Origin: a virus
Lineage: Duplodnaviria > Caudoviricetes
IMG/VR virus record: IMGVR_UViG_3300031760_000032
Location: 1 to 64,000 of that record
DNA: 64,000 nt
Reading direction: 5' to 3' (one strand)
Shown here in pieces: positions 48,261-58,795 of this stretch (within the stretch, counting starts at the first letter, position 1; each line of letters begins with the position of its first letter). The notes beneath the pieces are model-generated. The model saw nothing but the letters and a program-made list of their open reading frames with translations, was not told the DNA's origin and ran no database searches. The position numbers and the translations under genes are program-made.

Positions 48261-49445
48261 ATGAGGTATATTATGAAAAAGGTTATCACCATTAAAGGGG
48301 ACCTCATCCCCACTTTTATAACTAAAATTGACGGTGTCGGTGTCGTCGATACAGCAATCATGAGAATAAGAGTAAAGGATTTGAAGTTTCTGCCCATAGA
48401 GGCCAACCCTCGCTCTTTTCATGATGGTACAACAACAAAGAAAATAGAGCATACAATAGTTCAGGAACCAGAACTTTTTGAGGTTCTAAATCGTGGCATG
48501 ACTATTGTATGCTCTGATTGTATCTACGATAAAGGGGAAGTGTCCTTTATATTCACAGACAAAAATCAGGGTCTCGTGGATGGAGGACATAGCTTTAATG
48601 TTGCTATGAGAAACTCTGATTCTAACGCAAAAATCATTGCCAAAATTATTTATGGTGATGGAGCTGCTATCCTAGCAAATAGAATTGCAGAGACGTTCAA
48701 TACGTCTGAAAAGGTTTCAGAAATGTCATTAAATAACCTTAAAGGTTATTTTGATTTTATCAAGAAAGAAATATTAAATCAACCATATTTCTTTGATATT
48801 AAGTGGGAAGAGAATGCGAAAAAGAGAATTCTCTCCACTAGAATAGTAGGATTAATGAATTCCTTTGACCCTGATAGATGGGGTCATGGGGATGTATGCG
48901 AAAAAGCTCCAACTGATTCATACAATTCTGCACGTCATACACAAAATGACTATGCAAAGATGTATGAAAATTTTGGGGAGACTATAGATAATCCCTATTA
49001 TGCATTAAAAAATGTAATAGTCCAGATAATCGATTTATTCGATTGGACTGAACAAAATTTTGTCAGATTATATAATAAGGTGGGAGGACGATACAAAAAT
49101 ATCACCGTAACACTACCTGATAAGACTAAAGTAAAATTGGTTGAAATTGATAAGAACAAGAAGTTCAAATCAACTTTTTATGGTCAAAATTTGCCAGGCT
49201 ATATTCCTACATCTCTTATCTATGCAATTATTTCTCCTATGAGAATTCTTTTACAAAGAGATGGAAATGGGTTCTGGCAATTCACCACTGACCCAAAGCA
49301 AATCATAGAGGCAATAGGTCCTCAGCTAATTAAGTATGCACTGTCATACTATTCCATATGGAATCCGAATGCGGCTATGAAGGACCCCAAATTTTGGGTC
49401 TATCTATATGATAAAACAATTTTATTAAAAAATCAGATGAAGTAA
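48261..49445 (+). CDS. AIPR-family protein
   Basis: EANPR, FEVLNRGMTIV, GLVDGGHS, IAETFNTSEKV motif order; own early promoter (48161-68) and terminator (49455-87). Confidence 0.7.
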   Translation: MRYIMKKVITIKGDLIPTFITKIDGVGVVDTAIMRIRVKDLKFLPIEANPRSFHDGTTTKKIEHTIVQEPELFEVLNRGMTIVCSDCIYDKGEVSFIFTDKNQGLVDGGHSFNVAMRNSDSNAKIIAKIIYGDGAAILANRIAETFNTSEKVSEMSLNNLKGYFDFIKKEILNQPYFFDIKWEENAKKRILSTRIVGLMNSFDPDRWGHGDVCEKAPTDSYNSARHTQNDYAKMYENFGETIDNPYYALKNVIVQIIDLFDWTEQNFVRLYNKVGGRYKNITVTLPDKTKVKLVEIDKNKKFKSTFYGQNLPGYIPTSLIYAIISPMRILLQRDGNGFWQFTTDPKQIIEAIGPQLIKYALSYYSIWNPNAAMKDPKFWVYLYDKTILLKNQMK

Positions 49446-49545
49446 TATTGTTTTAGAAGGGCTGTTCCACTCCAGCCCTTCTTTTTTGTCCTCAACACAT
49501 AATTTAACAATTTAGTAATATTTATATATAAAGGAGTGTGTCCCT

Positions 49546-50346
49546 ATGTTTGACTTATATAGAAACGACCAAATTTATAATATGGTCGCAGAGGGTGAGG
49601 TAGCTACACTATTATCTCAATTCTCTAGCTCATATGTTATGGATGTTATTAACAACTCTATTAGAAATAGATTTGCTTATAATCCAGCTGTTACTAACCC
49701 AAATATTGTTAACTCTTATGAGATTAACTTTAAGGATATGCTAGGTAGATTTCCGTCTGATGCTGATAATATTATGTCTATTAGATATGAAACCTATCTA
49801 ACTATCATAAATAAGATTTGTTCTTCTTTCAATGTACAATATGTTGGAAATGAACCAGACTGTTATATTCTAGCATATAATCTATATGACCTATTTGTTT
49901 CTGGCTATGCTAGAAACATCATTAATTTTTTCGCTCGTTATATTTATGCTAACAGAGAACAACTATATGCTGCTATGAATCTAGACCGATATAAGAAGAT
50001 TAAAGATAGTACTTCTAATTATATACGAAAAGCATATAATGACCAAACTGTATCTATTATAATTGCTAGAATCAAAGAAGTAATTTACTATATCTCTGGT
50101 TTCGATATTGATTTCTATACTTTCTTGACATTCAATTATAATAGAGATATGTGTGATTTCTTATATCAAAACATTCAACCTTTTGGAAATATATTTAAGG
50201 ATGAATTCTGTCAAGTTATCAATAATCCAGAAATTCTAACAGAGATTAGAATTGCAATTCAAAAAATGATGGAAGCTGATATGTCAGCTTCTCAACAACA
50301 ACCACAAGACAATAATCTAGAAGAGGAAGAAGGAGCTGAGTATTAA
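49546..50346 (+). CDS. Hypothetical late protein
   Basis: 266 aa; late promoter 49506-17. Confidence 0.65.
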   Translation: MFDLYRNDQIYNMVAEGEVATLLSQFSSSYVMDVINNSIRNRFAYNPAVTNPNIVNSYEINFKDMLGRFPSDADNIMSIRYETYLTIINKICSSFNVQYVGNEPDCYILAYNLYDLFVSGYARNIINFFARYIYANREQLYAAMNLDRYKKIKDSTSNYIRKAYNDQTVSIIIARIKEVIYYISGFDIDFYTFLTFNYNRDMCDFLYQNIQPFGNIFKDEFCQVINNPEILTEIRIAIQKMMEADMSASQQQPQDNNLEEEEGAEY

Positions 50347-52355
50347 TGCCAGTTATTAACAATGCATATCCTGTAGATGAAAGTAATTATGCTTATTCAC
50401 CATCTGATATGGATATTACTCATAAAGATATGAGTAGAAAAGACATCAATAATTTGATTGATTCTCTATGTAAAGTCCGTATGGAGAATCCAGATGTAGT
50501 ATTGATGGACCAGATTAGAGATGAGTCTAAATTCTATGACCCTATTGCTCAAGAAAAGAGAGAGCTTGAACAGGATAATATCGCTGTTGAAGAAGAAATT
50601 CTCAAAGGCATTTTTGAATCTGATACGCCAATGAGTGTTGAAGAACAAAATGAACTTATTGCTAAGGGTGTGTATCAAAAATATCAAGAAATGAAAGCAA
50701 GAAAACAAGGTAAATCTGTACAACAAATGGCTAAGGAGGATAATGAAGCTATGAATGATATCGAAGCAGAGCTCAGAGCAAGTATGAATACACCTATGGT
50801 AGGTGATATTGAACAAGTGACAGAAGTTATTTCTGAAACACCAATGGAGGAAATTACGGAGAGTTCATTTCCAGTCGAGTTTACAGAAGAAAAAGAGTCT
50901 ACTGGAACAGGTGAAATTGCTAATCCAGTTGAAGGTACTACTCTGGTTGAAGAAGGTACTAGAGCGGATGCAATAAAGGAATATAATGAAGCATTGAAAA
51001 CTGTCAATAATAATCTTAATACTATTTTTGATAAGATGGACCCTCCTAAATTAGAATATGACTTAACAGAAGAAGAGCTCAATACAATGGCTAATTGTGA
51101 TACACTAGCTATAGATGCTATGGAAGATACTACTCTGGTTGAAGAAGGTGCTGGAATGGATGCAGAGTCTGTAATTGATACTTTTGAAACAGAGAGAAAT
51201 AAACCTGAAGAGAAGCATCATCTTTCTAAAAAGAGTATTGCTAAGCTTGTAGGTGGTTTTCCTACTGCAGCAGCTGTAATGGCTAATCCACAGGAAGAAA
51301 CTCTTGAAGATGTTATGACAGAGTTTAATGATACTGTAGATAGTATCAAGAATCTGCCAGAAGCTATTAATGCTAATAACAATGATGATGTAGAAGAAGA
51401 CAAACCTATGTCTGTTGAAGAGTTTAATGACGTTCCTGCAACTGAAATTAATCTTCCTGATGATGTAGTTACTTCTGCCCTTATGAAGCAGTATGATAAT
51501 GTAACTTATGAAGAAGCAATGCAGCTTGTAGATGTAATGAATCGTTATAAGGCACATGAGAAGTTTAATGTATTTGAAGCTTTACCAATGTCTATTAAGA
51601 CAGTGATTCTTCAAGAAGCTGCATCTGTTGGAGCAGACCGTTCTACAGTTAACTTCTTTGCAAAGACATTCATTAATGACCTTGTAAATAATACTTATCT
51701 CGATAGAGAGATTAAAGATTTCAATGATGAACTTCAGAAAGCAATGGCTCCTATGGGTAATATTGTAGGAACTATGATGGATGAGTATAATGATGAAGTA
51801 TACGATAAGTTTACTACTAAGCTTTTTGAAAAGGCTGATGAGATTAGAAACTCTGACCCAGAAAAGGCACGTCAGCTTAATACTATTGGTACTAACTTTG
51901 AAGCTGCTGTAACACTTAGCAGAATCCGTTCTAATCTTGCTGTTAATAATTCAATCTCTAATAAGCATTACAAGTATGCTAGAGATAACTGGAAGAAGCT
52001 TGTAGAAGAGTATAGAGATATTATCGCTAATGTAAATCCAAAGCCTAGAGATTTAGATACATGTCTCAAAGGTCTTATTACTGCTGGTTATCCAGAAGAT
52101 TATGCTAAGACTATTATTTCTCTTGTAGTATCTGAAGTAAAGGATGCCATAGAGAATGGTAGTCTTGAAGAGCATATCTACGCATATTATCTTACTAATT
52201 CTCTGCTCAATCTTAACTATACTGCTAATAACAGTAAAGTAATTGAGAAGATTAAGTATGGTGTTGATGATGCTATCGATATGATTGATAAGTATATGGC
52301 ACCTCTTAAGATGAGAAATACTAAGAAGAACAGAAAGAGAAATAAGAGAAAGTAA
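50346..52355 (+). CDS. Large acidic hypothetical protein with basic C-terminal tail
   Basis: 669 aa; repeat TTLVEEG twice; ends KKNRKRNKRK. Confidence 0.7.
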   Translation: MPVINNAYPVDESNYAYSPSDMDITHKDMSRKDINNLIDSLCKVRMENPDVVLMDQIRDESKFYDPIAQEKRELEQDNIAVEEEILKGIFESDTPMSVEEQNELIAKGVYQKYQEMKARKQGKSVQQMAKEDNEAMNDIEAELRASMNTPMVGDIEQVTEVISETPMEEITESSFPVEFTEEKESTGTGEIANPVEGTTLVEEGTRADAIKEYNEALKTVNNNLNTIFDKMDPPKLEYDLTEEELNTMANCDTLAIDAMEDTTLVEEGAGMDAESVIDTFETERNKPEEKHHLSKKSIAKLVGGFPTAAAVMANPQEETLEDVMTEFNDTVDSIKNLPEAINANNNDDVEEDKPMSVEEFNDVPATEINLPDDVVTSALMKQYDNVTYEEAMQLVDVMNRYKAHEKFNVFEALPMSIKTVILQEAASVGADRSTVNFFAKTFINDLVNNTYLDREIKDFNDELQKAMAPMGNIVGTMMDEYNDEVYDKFTTKLFEKADEIRNSDPEKARQLNTIGTNFEAAVTLSRIRSNLAVNNSISNKHYKYARDNWKKLVEEYRDIIANVNPKPRDLDTCLKGLITAGYPEDYAKTIISLVVSEVKDAIENGSLEEHIYAYYLTNSLLNLNYTANNSKVIEKIKYGVDDAIDMIDKYMAPLKMRNTKKNRKRNKRK

Positions 52356-52418
52356 TATATGAGGGGTGAGTAAAATCACCCCTAAACATTTTATTAAAAT
52401 ACCAAAGGAGGTAATATT

Positions 52419-52805
52419 ATGGTTTCTTTTTTAACTTGTAATGCAAAAGCTGTATTAAGACTTATCCTTGAAGTATCGTATCAAAAGAAGGATAAGATTG
52501 CTAAATGTATATACGAGATTTCTTCTGATAAGGTATATAAGATTACTGTAGCTGATAATATGACTGGTCTATATACTTATAATGCTCGTGTTACTGGATA
52601 TACTATGTGTAATACAGAAGAGGTATTATCTTTTGTAAATCAGAATACTAAACCTACTGTAGTAGATACTCTTAAGATTGACTATTCAGAGGATAATATT
52701 TCCAAAACTACTTCTATTAATGTGGCAGATATTCGTTACATTGAGGAGTTATCTACATCTGGTTTTGATGAGATTCTGAATCGTGAAATCCCGACTTTTA
52801 AATAA
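52419..52805 (+). CDS. Hypothetical protein, paralog of 20749..21309
   Basis: 128 aa; YEI...G..T..AR..., IDYS....SK..SI.V.DI..I pattern; late promoter 52385-96. Confidence 0.6.
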   Translation: MVSFLTCNAKAVLRLILEVSYQKKDKIAKCIYEISSDKVYKITVADNMTGLYTYNARVTGYTMCNTEEVLSFVNQNTKPTVVDTLKIDYSEDNISKTTSINVADIRYIEELSTSGFDEILNREIPTFK

Positions 52806-52850
52806 TACACACGAAACAAAATAATAATAATTTATAAGGAGGAATCTATC

Positions 52851-53105
52851 ATGTTTGATAAGATGAGAAAAGCAGTATACGACTATGTTGTATCACACCT
52901 TGATAAGACCGATGAGGTTTCTATCTCACTTAATGATGTTTACATCATATGGACTTGTAAGACACTTCAGAACTGGAAGGCTTGTATTAGTACTACTCTT
53001 CCCGATGGTATGTACTATGAGTGTACATATAATGGAGATACTAATGAGCTCTATCTGGATGCTTATAAGAAGTTCGAAAACAAAGTCATTAAAGATTTTA
53101 ATTAA
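52851..53105 (+). CDS. DUF6275-like phage protein
   Basis: VYIIWTCKTLQNWKACIST..PDGMYYECTYNGD..ELYLDAYKK. Confidence 0.75.
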   Translation: MFDKMRKAVYDYVVSHLDKTDEVSISLNDVYIIWTCKTLQNWKACISTTLPDGMYYECTYNGDTNELYLDAYKKFENKVIKDFN

Positions 53106-53119
53106 TGGAGGTAACTAAC

Positions 53120-53731
53120 ATGGTTGATATGTATGAAGAAAGAACTACTCCAGACAATTGTAATTATGATGTAGTTGAAAATTGTCTTTCTTTTGGTAAA
53201 GCTCTTGATAAGCTGATTGAAAGAGAGAACGATGATAAAGATACTAATGAATACGGCATTAGAATCCGTACATGGCCCGAAGGTATAGTAATTAGAATCC
53301 AGACTCCTGATGTAAATTCTAAGATGTCTAATAGATATCTTTATAAAAATCATAAAGGTAAGAATACTCCTTGGGTTCCTAATAATGAATTCATCTTTAA
53401 TCACTTCTGGGAATTAGTTAAGTTTAATAAGAACGAAGATGTAATTCCTGATAATAAGAACTACGAAGATTGGTTCAAGAATCCAGATATTCAGAAAGAA
53501 CTCGACAAATGTAGACGTAAGTGTGAAGAGCTTAAGAAAGATTATGCTAAATATTGTAATCTTGCAGCTAAGGATATCGATAAGTGCTCTCCTAATTGTA
53601 TTAAGAAGTGTCTTAATGAGTGTCATAAAGCTGAGATAAAACCTAATACCAATCATACAATCATTGTCAAAGGTAATGTAAGAAAACTTGCTGATACATT
53701 TGATGAAATTATTGATGCTCTGTTAAGTTAA
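53120..53731 (+). CDS. DUF2829 / Tad2-like domain protein with C-terminal extension
   Basis: SFGKALDKL...RTW...NSKM..YLY...PWVP.......WELV; start refined to ATG 53120. Confidence 0.5.
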   Translation: MVDMYEERTTPDNCNYDVVENCLSFGKALDKLIERENDDKDTNEYGIRIRTWPEGIVIRIQTPDVNSKMSNRYLYKNHKGKNTPWVPNNEFIFNHFWELVKFNKNEDVIPDNKNYEDWFKNPDIQKELDKCRRKCEELKKDYAKYCNLAAKDIDKCSPNCIKKCLNECHKAEIKPNTNHTIIVKGNVRKLADTFDEIIDALLS

Positions 53732-53737
53732 TATAAG

Positions 53738-53770
53738 TCCCCACACCTTGATTGGTGTGGGGATTATTTT
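53738..53770. terminator. Bidirectional terminator
   Basis: TCCCCACACC / GGTGTGGGGA between convergent genes. Confidence 0.8.
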
Positions 53771-56111
53771 ATTTCCAAGAGTATCCATTATTGTTTTTAT
53801 AATCATTACTATCCATAGATTCAGAATAGAAGTTATCAATAGCTCCTAGCATACTATATCCATTATCTTCCCCTTCTAATTGTTCGAGAGGAATATTAAA
53901 TTGTCTAGAGTATGCTTCTTTACCAACTTTAGTTGCTAGTATTTGAGCCATTGCCATATCATTTTCCATCTTTTGTTGTTCTAAGAACTGACTATATAGT
54001 TTTGTCTTATCAAGCTGTTTTAATTGCTCGTTAACCATATCATCATGTTCAAGATTTTCTATATCTCTAACAATAGATATTTCTTCTGTAGCATTAAAGT
54101 CTTGGAAAATTTCTTGTGCTTCATCATCTGCTGTTCTAAGTGTAGGAATAGAGATGTGCCAATTCTCTCTAACATTCTTTCCATAATAAATAGGATAGAT
54201 AGAATATAAATAAGAGAATGTACTATCGTCATGACTATTAGCAGAATGGTCAATACGACCTGTCTTCTTAATCTCAAGATTCTTTAATTCTTCATATAGA
54301 ATTGGAGAAATGAATTTATCATAATGGTCTCTTACACGGTCTGTAAGTAAGTCCATTAACTGTTCTCTTACAGTACCAGTGTTATCTACACCATATACTT
54401 TAGTAAGTTGCTTTCTCTTATGAGACCTTAATCCATCAGGACGTTCTTCTATAGTACGCTCTTTAATCTCATAATATAGATTATTTCTAATCTTAGATTT
54501 CATTAACTTAGCTAGTGTACCAGTACCTACACCATTACGCTCGATAGTGATTAACGAATTAGGTAAATAGTTTAATACAAGATTATATATTACTGTAGCT
54601 AAATCAACTGGGTTAATATAGTTACAGTTAAAGTCTGCAACAAGTTTAGTAGTCTTAGAATCTGTAACAGAAATTGCAGAAGAGTCCTTAGAATAACCTG
54701 CTGCAACGTCGACACCAATCAATGTCTTATCTCTTGGGGATATCTCAGAATAGATATTGAACAGGAAGTTAGAGATATAAACCTGTTTAATTGGGTTACG
54801 TACATATCTCTGTACATTTCTAAGTTCCTCTTGTGTAAATGGACAATTCTCGGAAGATGTAGCCCATTCAAGTAAGAATTCACGTCTGATGTCAGTCCAT
54901 TTTTGGTTCTGTTCTTTGATTCTTTCCTTAAGCCATTCTTCAGAATATCCAAGCTGTTGATAAGTAGTTCTAATATATACAAAGATAGACTTCTCGTTTG
55001 CATTTAATGTCTCTGTAAGTTTCTGTAGAGAGAAATCATACCAAAGTTCTGAGAATGGAGTCATCTTATTCTTAAGGTCATACATATATTGACCTTCTTC
55101 TGTAGTTAAGAAACCAGGTGTAGATGTAAGGCATAGACCATGAGGTGCTCCATTCATTCTACAGTTTCTAAACGCAGTAGTCAATGCAGGCATACCGTTT
55201 TGTAAGGATTCTTCTAAGTATTGGAAGAACGCAGACTCGTCTATCCAACAGTTAGTAATAGTTTGACCACGAAGTAAAGATATAGCTGCCGTTCTATTAC
55301 GTGCCATTGGAAGAGCCTTGATATTATTAAAGTTAATCTTATGCTGGATATATTGTACTGTGTTAGATGCTTTAAGTTTCTTACCATCTACACCGAATGC
55401 TTGGTCAAATCGTAAATAAGATGGTAATGCTTTAATAATATCTTTAAGAGAAGATAAGTTACGCTTAGCATCATCATGTTTCTTATTAAGGAATATCATA
55501 TTAGCATTTCGAGAACCAAAGTTATATACCCAAGAATACCATACTTCAGTAGCAACAGTTTTACCTGTCTGACGAGGTTGTTCTTGATAAATATTAAGAT
55601 TCAATGTAAAGCAAAAGTTTAGTGCTAAGTTACCTCTATCAAGTCTATATCTTACATAAGGTCCACCCTGACTCTGTACTCTAACAACTTCTCTTATATA
55701 ATACCAAAAGTTTCTCTGACATTCTAGAAATACTTTTTGTTTTGTATAAGGGTCTAAGTAAGGGTCATGTGGGTCTATATATGCTAAGTCCTTATCATAT
55801 AATAATAGATGGAATTTATTATTTTTTATACCTTTAGCCTTTAGGTAGTAGTGCATATCTAAGAAAGACTGGTTTTTTGTATTCATTTGATAAAAGATAG
55901 ATACATATCCAGAACCATCATATCTTCTATCTTCTTCTACACCATTACTATTTTTATTAGACATGAAACTTAATAATGGAACATATCTACGTTGGTTAGA
56001 ATTATTTGGTATAGGATTCATAGTAGACAAATTATCTGGTTGATTATACTGTACATCAGTATTATCTTCTTTTTCTTCTATGATAGTAATACCAGTATTT
56101 ACTACTTTCAT
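53769..56111 (-). CDS. terL: Terminase large subunit
   Basis: Walker A EQPRQTGKT, Walker B WIDES, TSTPG coupling motif, RNase H-like IGVDVAAG and HDD; promoter variant AACT-N6-TA at 56142-53. Confidence 0.9.
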   Translation of the reverse strand: MKVVNTGITIIEEKEDNTDVQYNQPDNLSTMNPIPNNSNQRRYVPLLSFMSNKNSNGVEEDRRYDGSGYVSIFYQMNTKNQSFLDMHYYLKAKGIKNNKFHLLLYDKDLAYIDPHDPYLDPYTKQKVFLECQRNFWYYIREVVRVQSQGGPYVRYRLDRGNLALNFCFTLNLNIYQEQPRQTGKTVATEVWYSWVYNFGSRNANMIFLNKKHDDAKRNLSSLKDIIKALPSYLRFDQAFGVDGKKLKASNTVQYIQHKINFNNIKALPMARNRTAAISLLRGQTITNCWIDESAFFQYLEESLQNGMPALTTAFRNCRMNGAPHGLCLTSTPGFLTTEEGQYMYDLKNKMTPFSELWYDFSLQKLTETLNANEKSIFVYIRTTYQQLGYSEEWLKERIKEQNQKWTDIRREFLLEWATSSENCPFTQEELRNVQRYVRNPIKQVYISNFLFNIYSEISPRDKTLIGVDVAAGYSKDSSAISVTDSKTTKLVADFNCNYINPVDLATVIYNLVLNYLPNSLITIERNGVGTGTLAKLMKSKIRNNLYYEIKERTIEERPDGLRSHKRKQLTKVYGVDNTGTVREQLMDLLTDRVRDHYDKFISPILYEELKNLEIKKTGRIDHSANSHDDSTFSYLYSIYPIYYGKNVRENWHISIPTLRTADDEAQEIFQDFNATEEISIVRDIENLEHDDMVNEQLKQLDKTKLYSQFLEQQKMENDMAMAQILATKVGKEAYSRQFNIPLEQLEGEDNGYSMLGAIDNFYSESMDSNDYKNNNGYSWK

Positions 56112-56242
56112 GATATAATAACACTCCTTTCTTAAGATTTTTATTAATAAGTTGACCTAATCAGGTACGATTAGAGTTATAAATTACAATACCATAAACA
56201 AATAAGTAAAATATTATGGCTAAAAGCCAGGAGGTAAGTATT

Positions 56243-57055
56243 ATGAATAATAACAATTACAACGGTCAGAACAACAACGGTGGAAATGATATCTTTACTC
56301 CCACTACTCGTTCAGCTTACAGATTCTTTAACTCTGAATCTGAAATTGACAACACTTCCATGAGTTTCAATTTCTGGAACTCTCTGCTCAAGATTACAAT
56401 GAATCCTATCATTGTAAAGGAAGGTTCTGCTAATAAAGTAGATACAGATAATCATGTAGATATTTATCTGTCTCCTTCTAAGGCTAAGATGCTTCTGTAT
56501 TGCGTAAAGGAATTCAGAAAGAATCCTGATGCTTATACAAACATCGGTGTTAATACAAACAAGGGCATTATCTTTATCGCAAATGGTGATAAAATGTTTG
56601 GTCACGGTGGAGTTTGTGTAGTAATCAATCTTATTAACAATGAGACTGGTGAAAAGGAAGCAGAAGCAGCATATGAGTTTAACACTAAGGACCTGTATGC
56701 TATTACAAATTACATGGGTGGTTCTGACTTCGGCAAGGATTCTGGTTATGCAGATAGTCTTGAACTCGACATGTTTGAAAATCTACTTGTACAGTTTATC
56801 AATGCATCTACAAATGCAGTAGCAGCATCTATCATGGAGACTGGTAAGTTTAATGAAGCAAGACAGTTTAGCTTCATTAAGGATGTAAGAGAGAAGCTTG
56901 GAATTTCTAAGAGTGATGGAAGTAAGAATTATAATCGTTCTAGCTGGTTCAATAATAATGGTAATGGTTCTTCTTCTGTATCTTCTGAAAGTTCAAGTAA
57001 TAATTCTTCTACCTATGAAGACGTTATGAATGATATCGCATCTATCATGGACTAA
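56243..57055 (+). CDS. Hypothetical protein, possibly ssDNA-binding
   Basis: Beta-rich core, N/S/G-rich linker, acidic C-terminal tail (YEDVMNDIASIMD); late promoter 56197-208. Confidence 0.4.
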   Translation: MNNNNYNGQNNNGGNDIFTPTTRSAYRFFNSESEIDNTSMSFNFWNSLLKITMNPIIVKEGSANKVDTDNHVDIYLSPSKAKMLLYCVKEFRKNPDAYTNIGVNTNKGIIFIANGDKMFGHGGVCVVINLINNETGEKEAEAAYEFNTKDLYAITNYMGGSDFGKDSGYADSLELDMFENLLVQFINASTNAVAASIMETGKFNEARQFSFIKDVREKLGISKSDGSKNYNRSSWFNNNGNGSSSVSSESSSNNSSTYEDVMNDIASIMD

Positions 57056-57059
57056 AGAT

Positions 57060-57176
57060 ATGGACACAATACTAGCTATTATAGGAGCATTATTCCTAGG
57101 AAATATAATTCACGGTATTCTCGATATACCATTTATGAATGATATAAAAGGTAACGAAGATGACCCAGATGAATAA
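57060..57176 (+). CDS. Small membrane peptide (38 aa)
   Basis: Hand translation MDTILAIIGALFLGNIIHGILDIPFMNDIKGNEDDPDE*; fills the gap after 57055. Confidence 0.4.
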   Translation: MDTILAIIGALFLGNIIHGILDIPFMNDIKGNEDDPDE

Positions 57177-57235
57177 TTTGTAAAATTTTGAGAGGGAATG
57201 TAATCATTCCCTCTTTTATTAAGAGGTGTATACGT

Positions 57236-57433
57236 ATGATTTCAACAATAATAACATTAATAGTGGGACTCTTCTGTTATATATGTATAATAGTTAGAGT
57301 CAAAGATAAAGAGTATAAAACTTATATAGAAGACTTACTCTTTAAAAGAATACATCCTTACTTATATCTTATTGGATTAGGTATAACTACATGGATTATC
57401 GTAATTAAACTTATCAGGAGGTTAGTTAATTAA
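57236..57433 (+). CDS. Small membrane protein, two hydrophobic segments
   Basis: Start refined to ATG 57236 behind AAGAGGTG. Confidence 0.6.
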   Translation: MISTIITLIVGLFCYICIIVRVKDKEYKTYIEDLLFKRIHPYLYLIGLGITTWIIVIKLIRRLVN

Positions 57434-57981
57434 TGTATACGCTTATTAACAATGACGGTCAATATCTTTACAAAACTTATAGAGGAGATTTTATCTTTTC
57501 TAATTCAACCAACATGCTTTTCGATACAGAAGAACAGGCTACAAATTGGTTACATTATAACTCATTTAGATTTAAAAATGAGGATGTAACTGTAGTTAAT
57601 CTAGAAAATAAGAATAAAAGAGTTTACGATTATAACGGTTTCCTTAATAGTATTAATGAAACCTTTAAAAGTGATATAAATATTCCTGATATTCCAATAC
57701 TAGTCAAACAACATATACCAATCTATGATAAAGAAATGATACCTCAAGAAAAAGTACAATGGACTCACGAAGATTCTGTTAGAGAAGCTAAAAACTTATT
57801 AAAAGGTGTTTTTACTCCATGTTTTGATGATATTGAACAGGGTAAGACTAAAGAAATATATGAATATATTGATAGCTTAACTGATGAAGAATTAATTCAT
57901 TTAGCGACCTCTGTAGCAAATTCTATTGTATCTTCGTCAGATAATAATACAGATAACCCTCTAGTTAAAGAGGAGGAATAA
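57433..57981 (+). CDS. Hypothetical protein
   Basis: 182 aa, CAGGAGG SD. Confidence 0.6.
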   Translation: MYTLINNDGQYLYKTYRGDFIFSNSTNMLFDTEEQATNWLHYNSFRFKNEDVTVVNLENKNKRVYDYNGFLNSINETFKSDINIPDIPILVKQHIPIYDKEMIPQEKVQWTHEDSVREAKNLLKGVFTPCFDDIEQGKTKEIYEYIDSLTDEELIHLATSVANSIVSSSDNNTDNPLVKEEE

Positions 57982-57983
57982 TT

Positions 57984-58763
57984 ATGGCAATTGATTCTAT
58001 TAAAGTAGAAGAAGTTCAACCTGATGGTAGTAAGAAAGAAATAAAAGTAGATAAGGCTGCAGCTGGATATCATAATTATCTAGTTATGTTTAATACTCTT
58101 ATTGACCTTGATTTTGCTGTACTTAGAATGGTGCAAGCTGAGTATAATAATCCTAAGTTTGTAGACCAGAAAGTTATGCATATGACTACTAAAGAGGTTA
58201 AGTTTCTTCTTATCAATAGAGAAGACTCTAACCCATTAACTATCTGCTTTAAAGATAAGATTATTGCTGATTCTATCTATAAAGAAATCATGTCTACCAG
58301 ATATGGTGATTTGCTTAAGGAAGATAAGTATATGGCAATCACTGGCATATTCTTCTTAATATCTGTATATGCTGCTATGGATAATACACATGTTACTGTA
58401 GTATGTGGAAATGAATTAGAAGAGAAAATCATAAGACGTTATCATAAAAACATTAACGTCAAAGTAGTCAATGAGTTAACTGACATCAATGTAAATGATT
58501 ATACTGAATTCATTTTCAAAAGTAAGTATGATGTATATAAGTTTAAGCAAAAATTCATTGAGAAACGACTTTTGTTATTAAACTACAAATTCAATGTCTA
58601 CTTTAAAGATGGTATCTTATTCTCTGATTTAGAGCTTGGACATTGGTTATGGGAAACTGGATTCTCTAAAGCTGCAATCATTGATACTTACAGCAAAGAA
58701 GACGATGACTATGCTACTCTGAAATTCAAAAGAGTAGTAAAAAAGAAACCAGAAAACAAATAA
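57984..58763 (+). CDS. Hypothetical protein (possible degenerate HAD-like fold)
   Basis: 259 aa; LVMFNTLIDLDF resembles a HAD motif I lacking the first Asp. Confidence 0.5.
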   Translation: MAIDSIKVEEVQPDGSKKEIKVDKAAAGYHNYLVMFNTLIDLDFAVLRMVQAEYNNPKFVDQKVMHMTTKEVKFLLINREDSNPLTICFKDKIIADSIYKEIMSTRYGDLLKEDKYMAITGIFFLISVYAAMDNTHVTVVCGNELEEKIIRRYHKNINVKVVNELTDINVNDYTEFIFKSKYDVYKFKQKFIEKRLLLLNYKFNVYFKDGILFSDLELGHWLWETGFSKAAIIDTYSKEDDDYATLKFKRVVKKKPENK

Positions 58764-58795
58764 ATAATATTATATATTTAAGGAGGAACCGAAAT

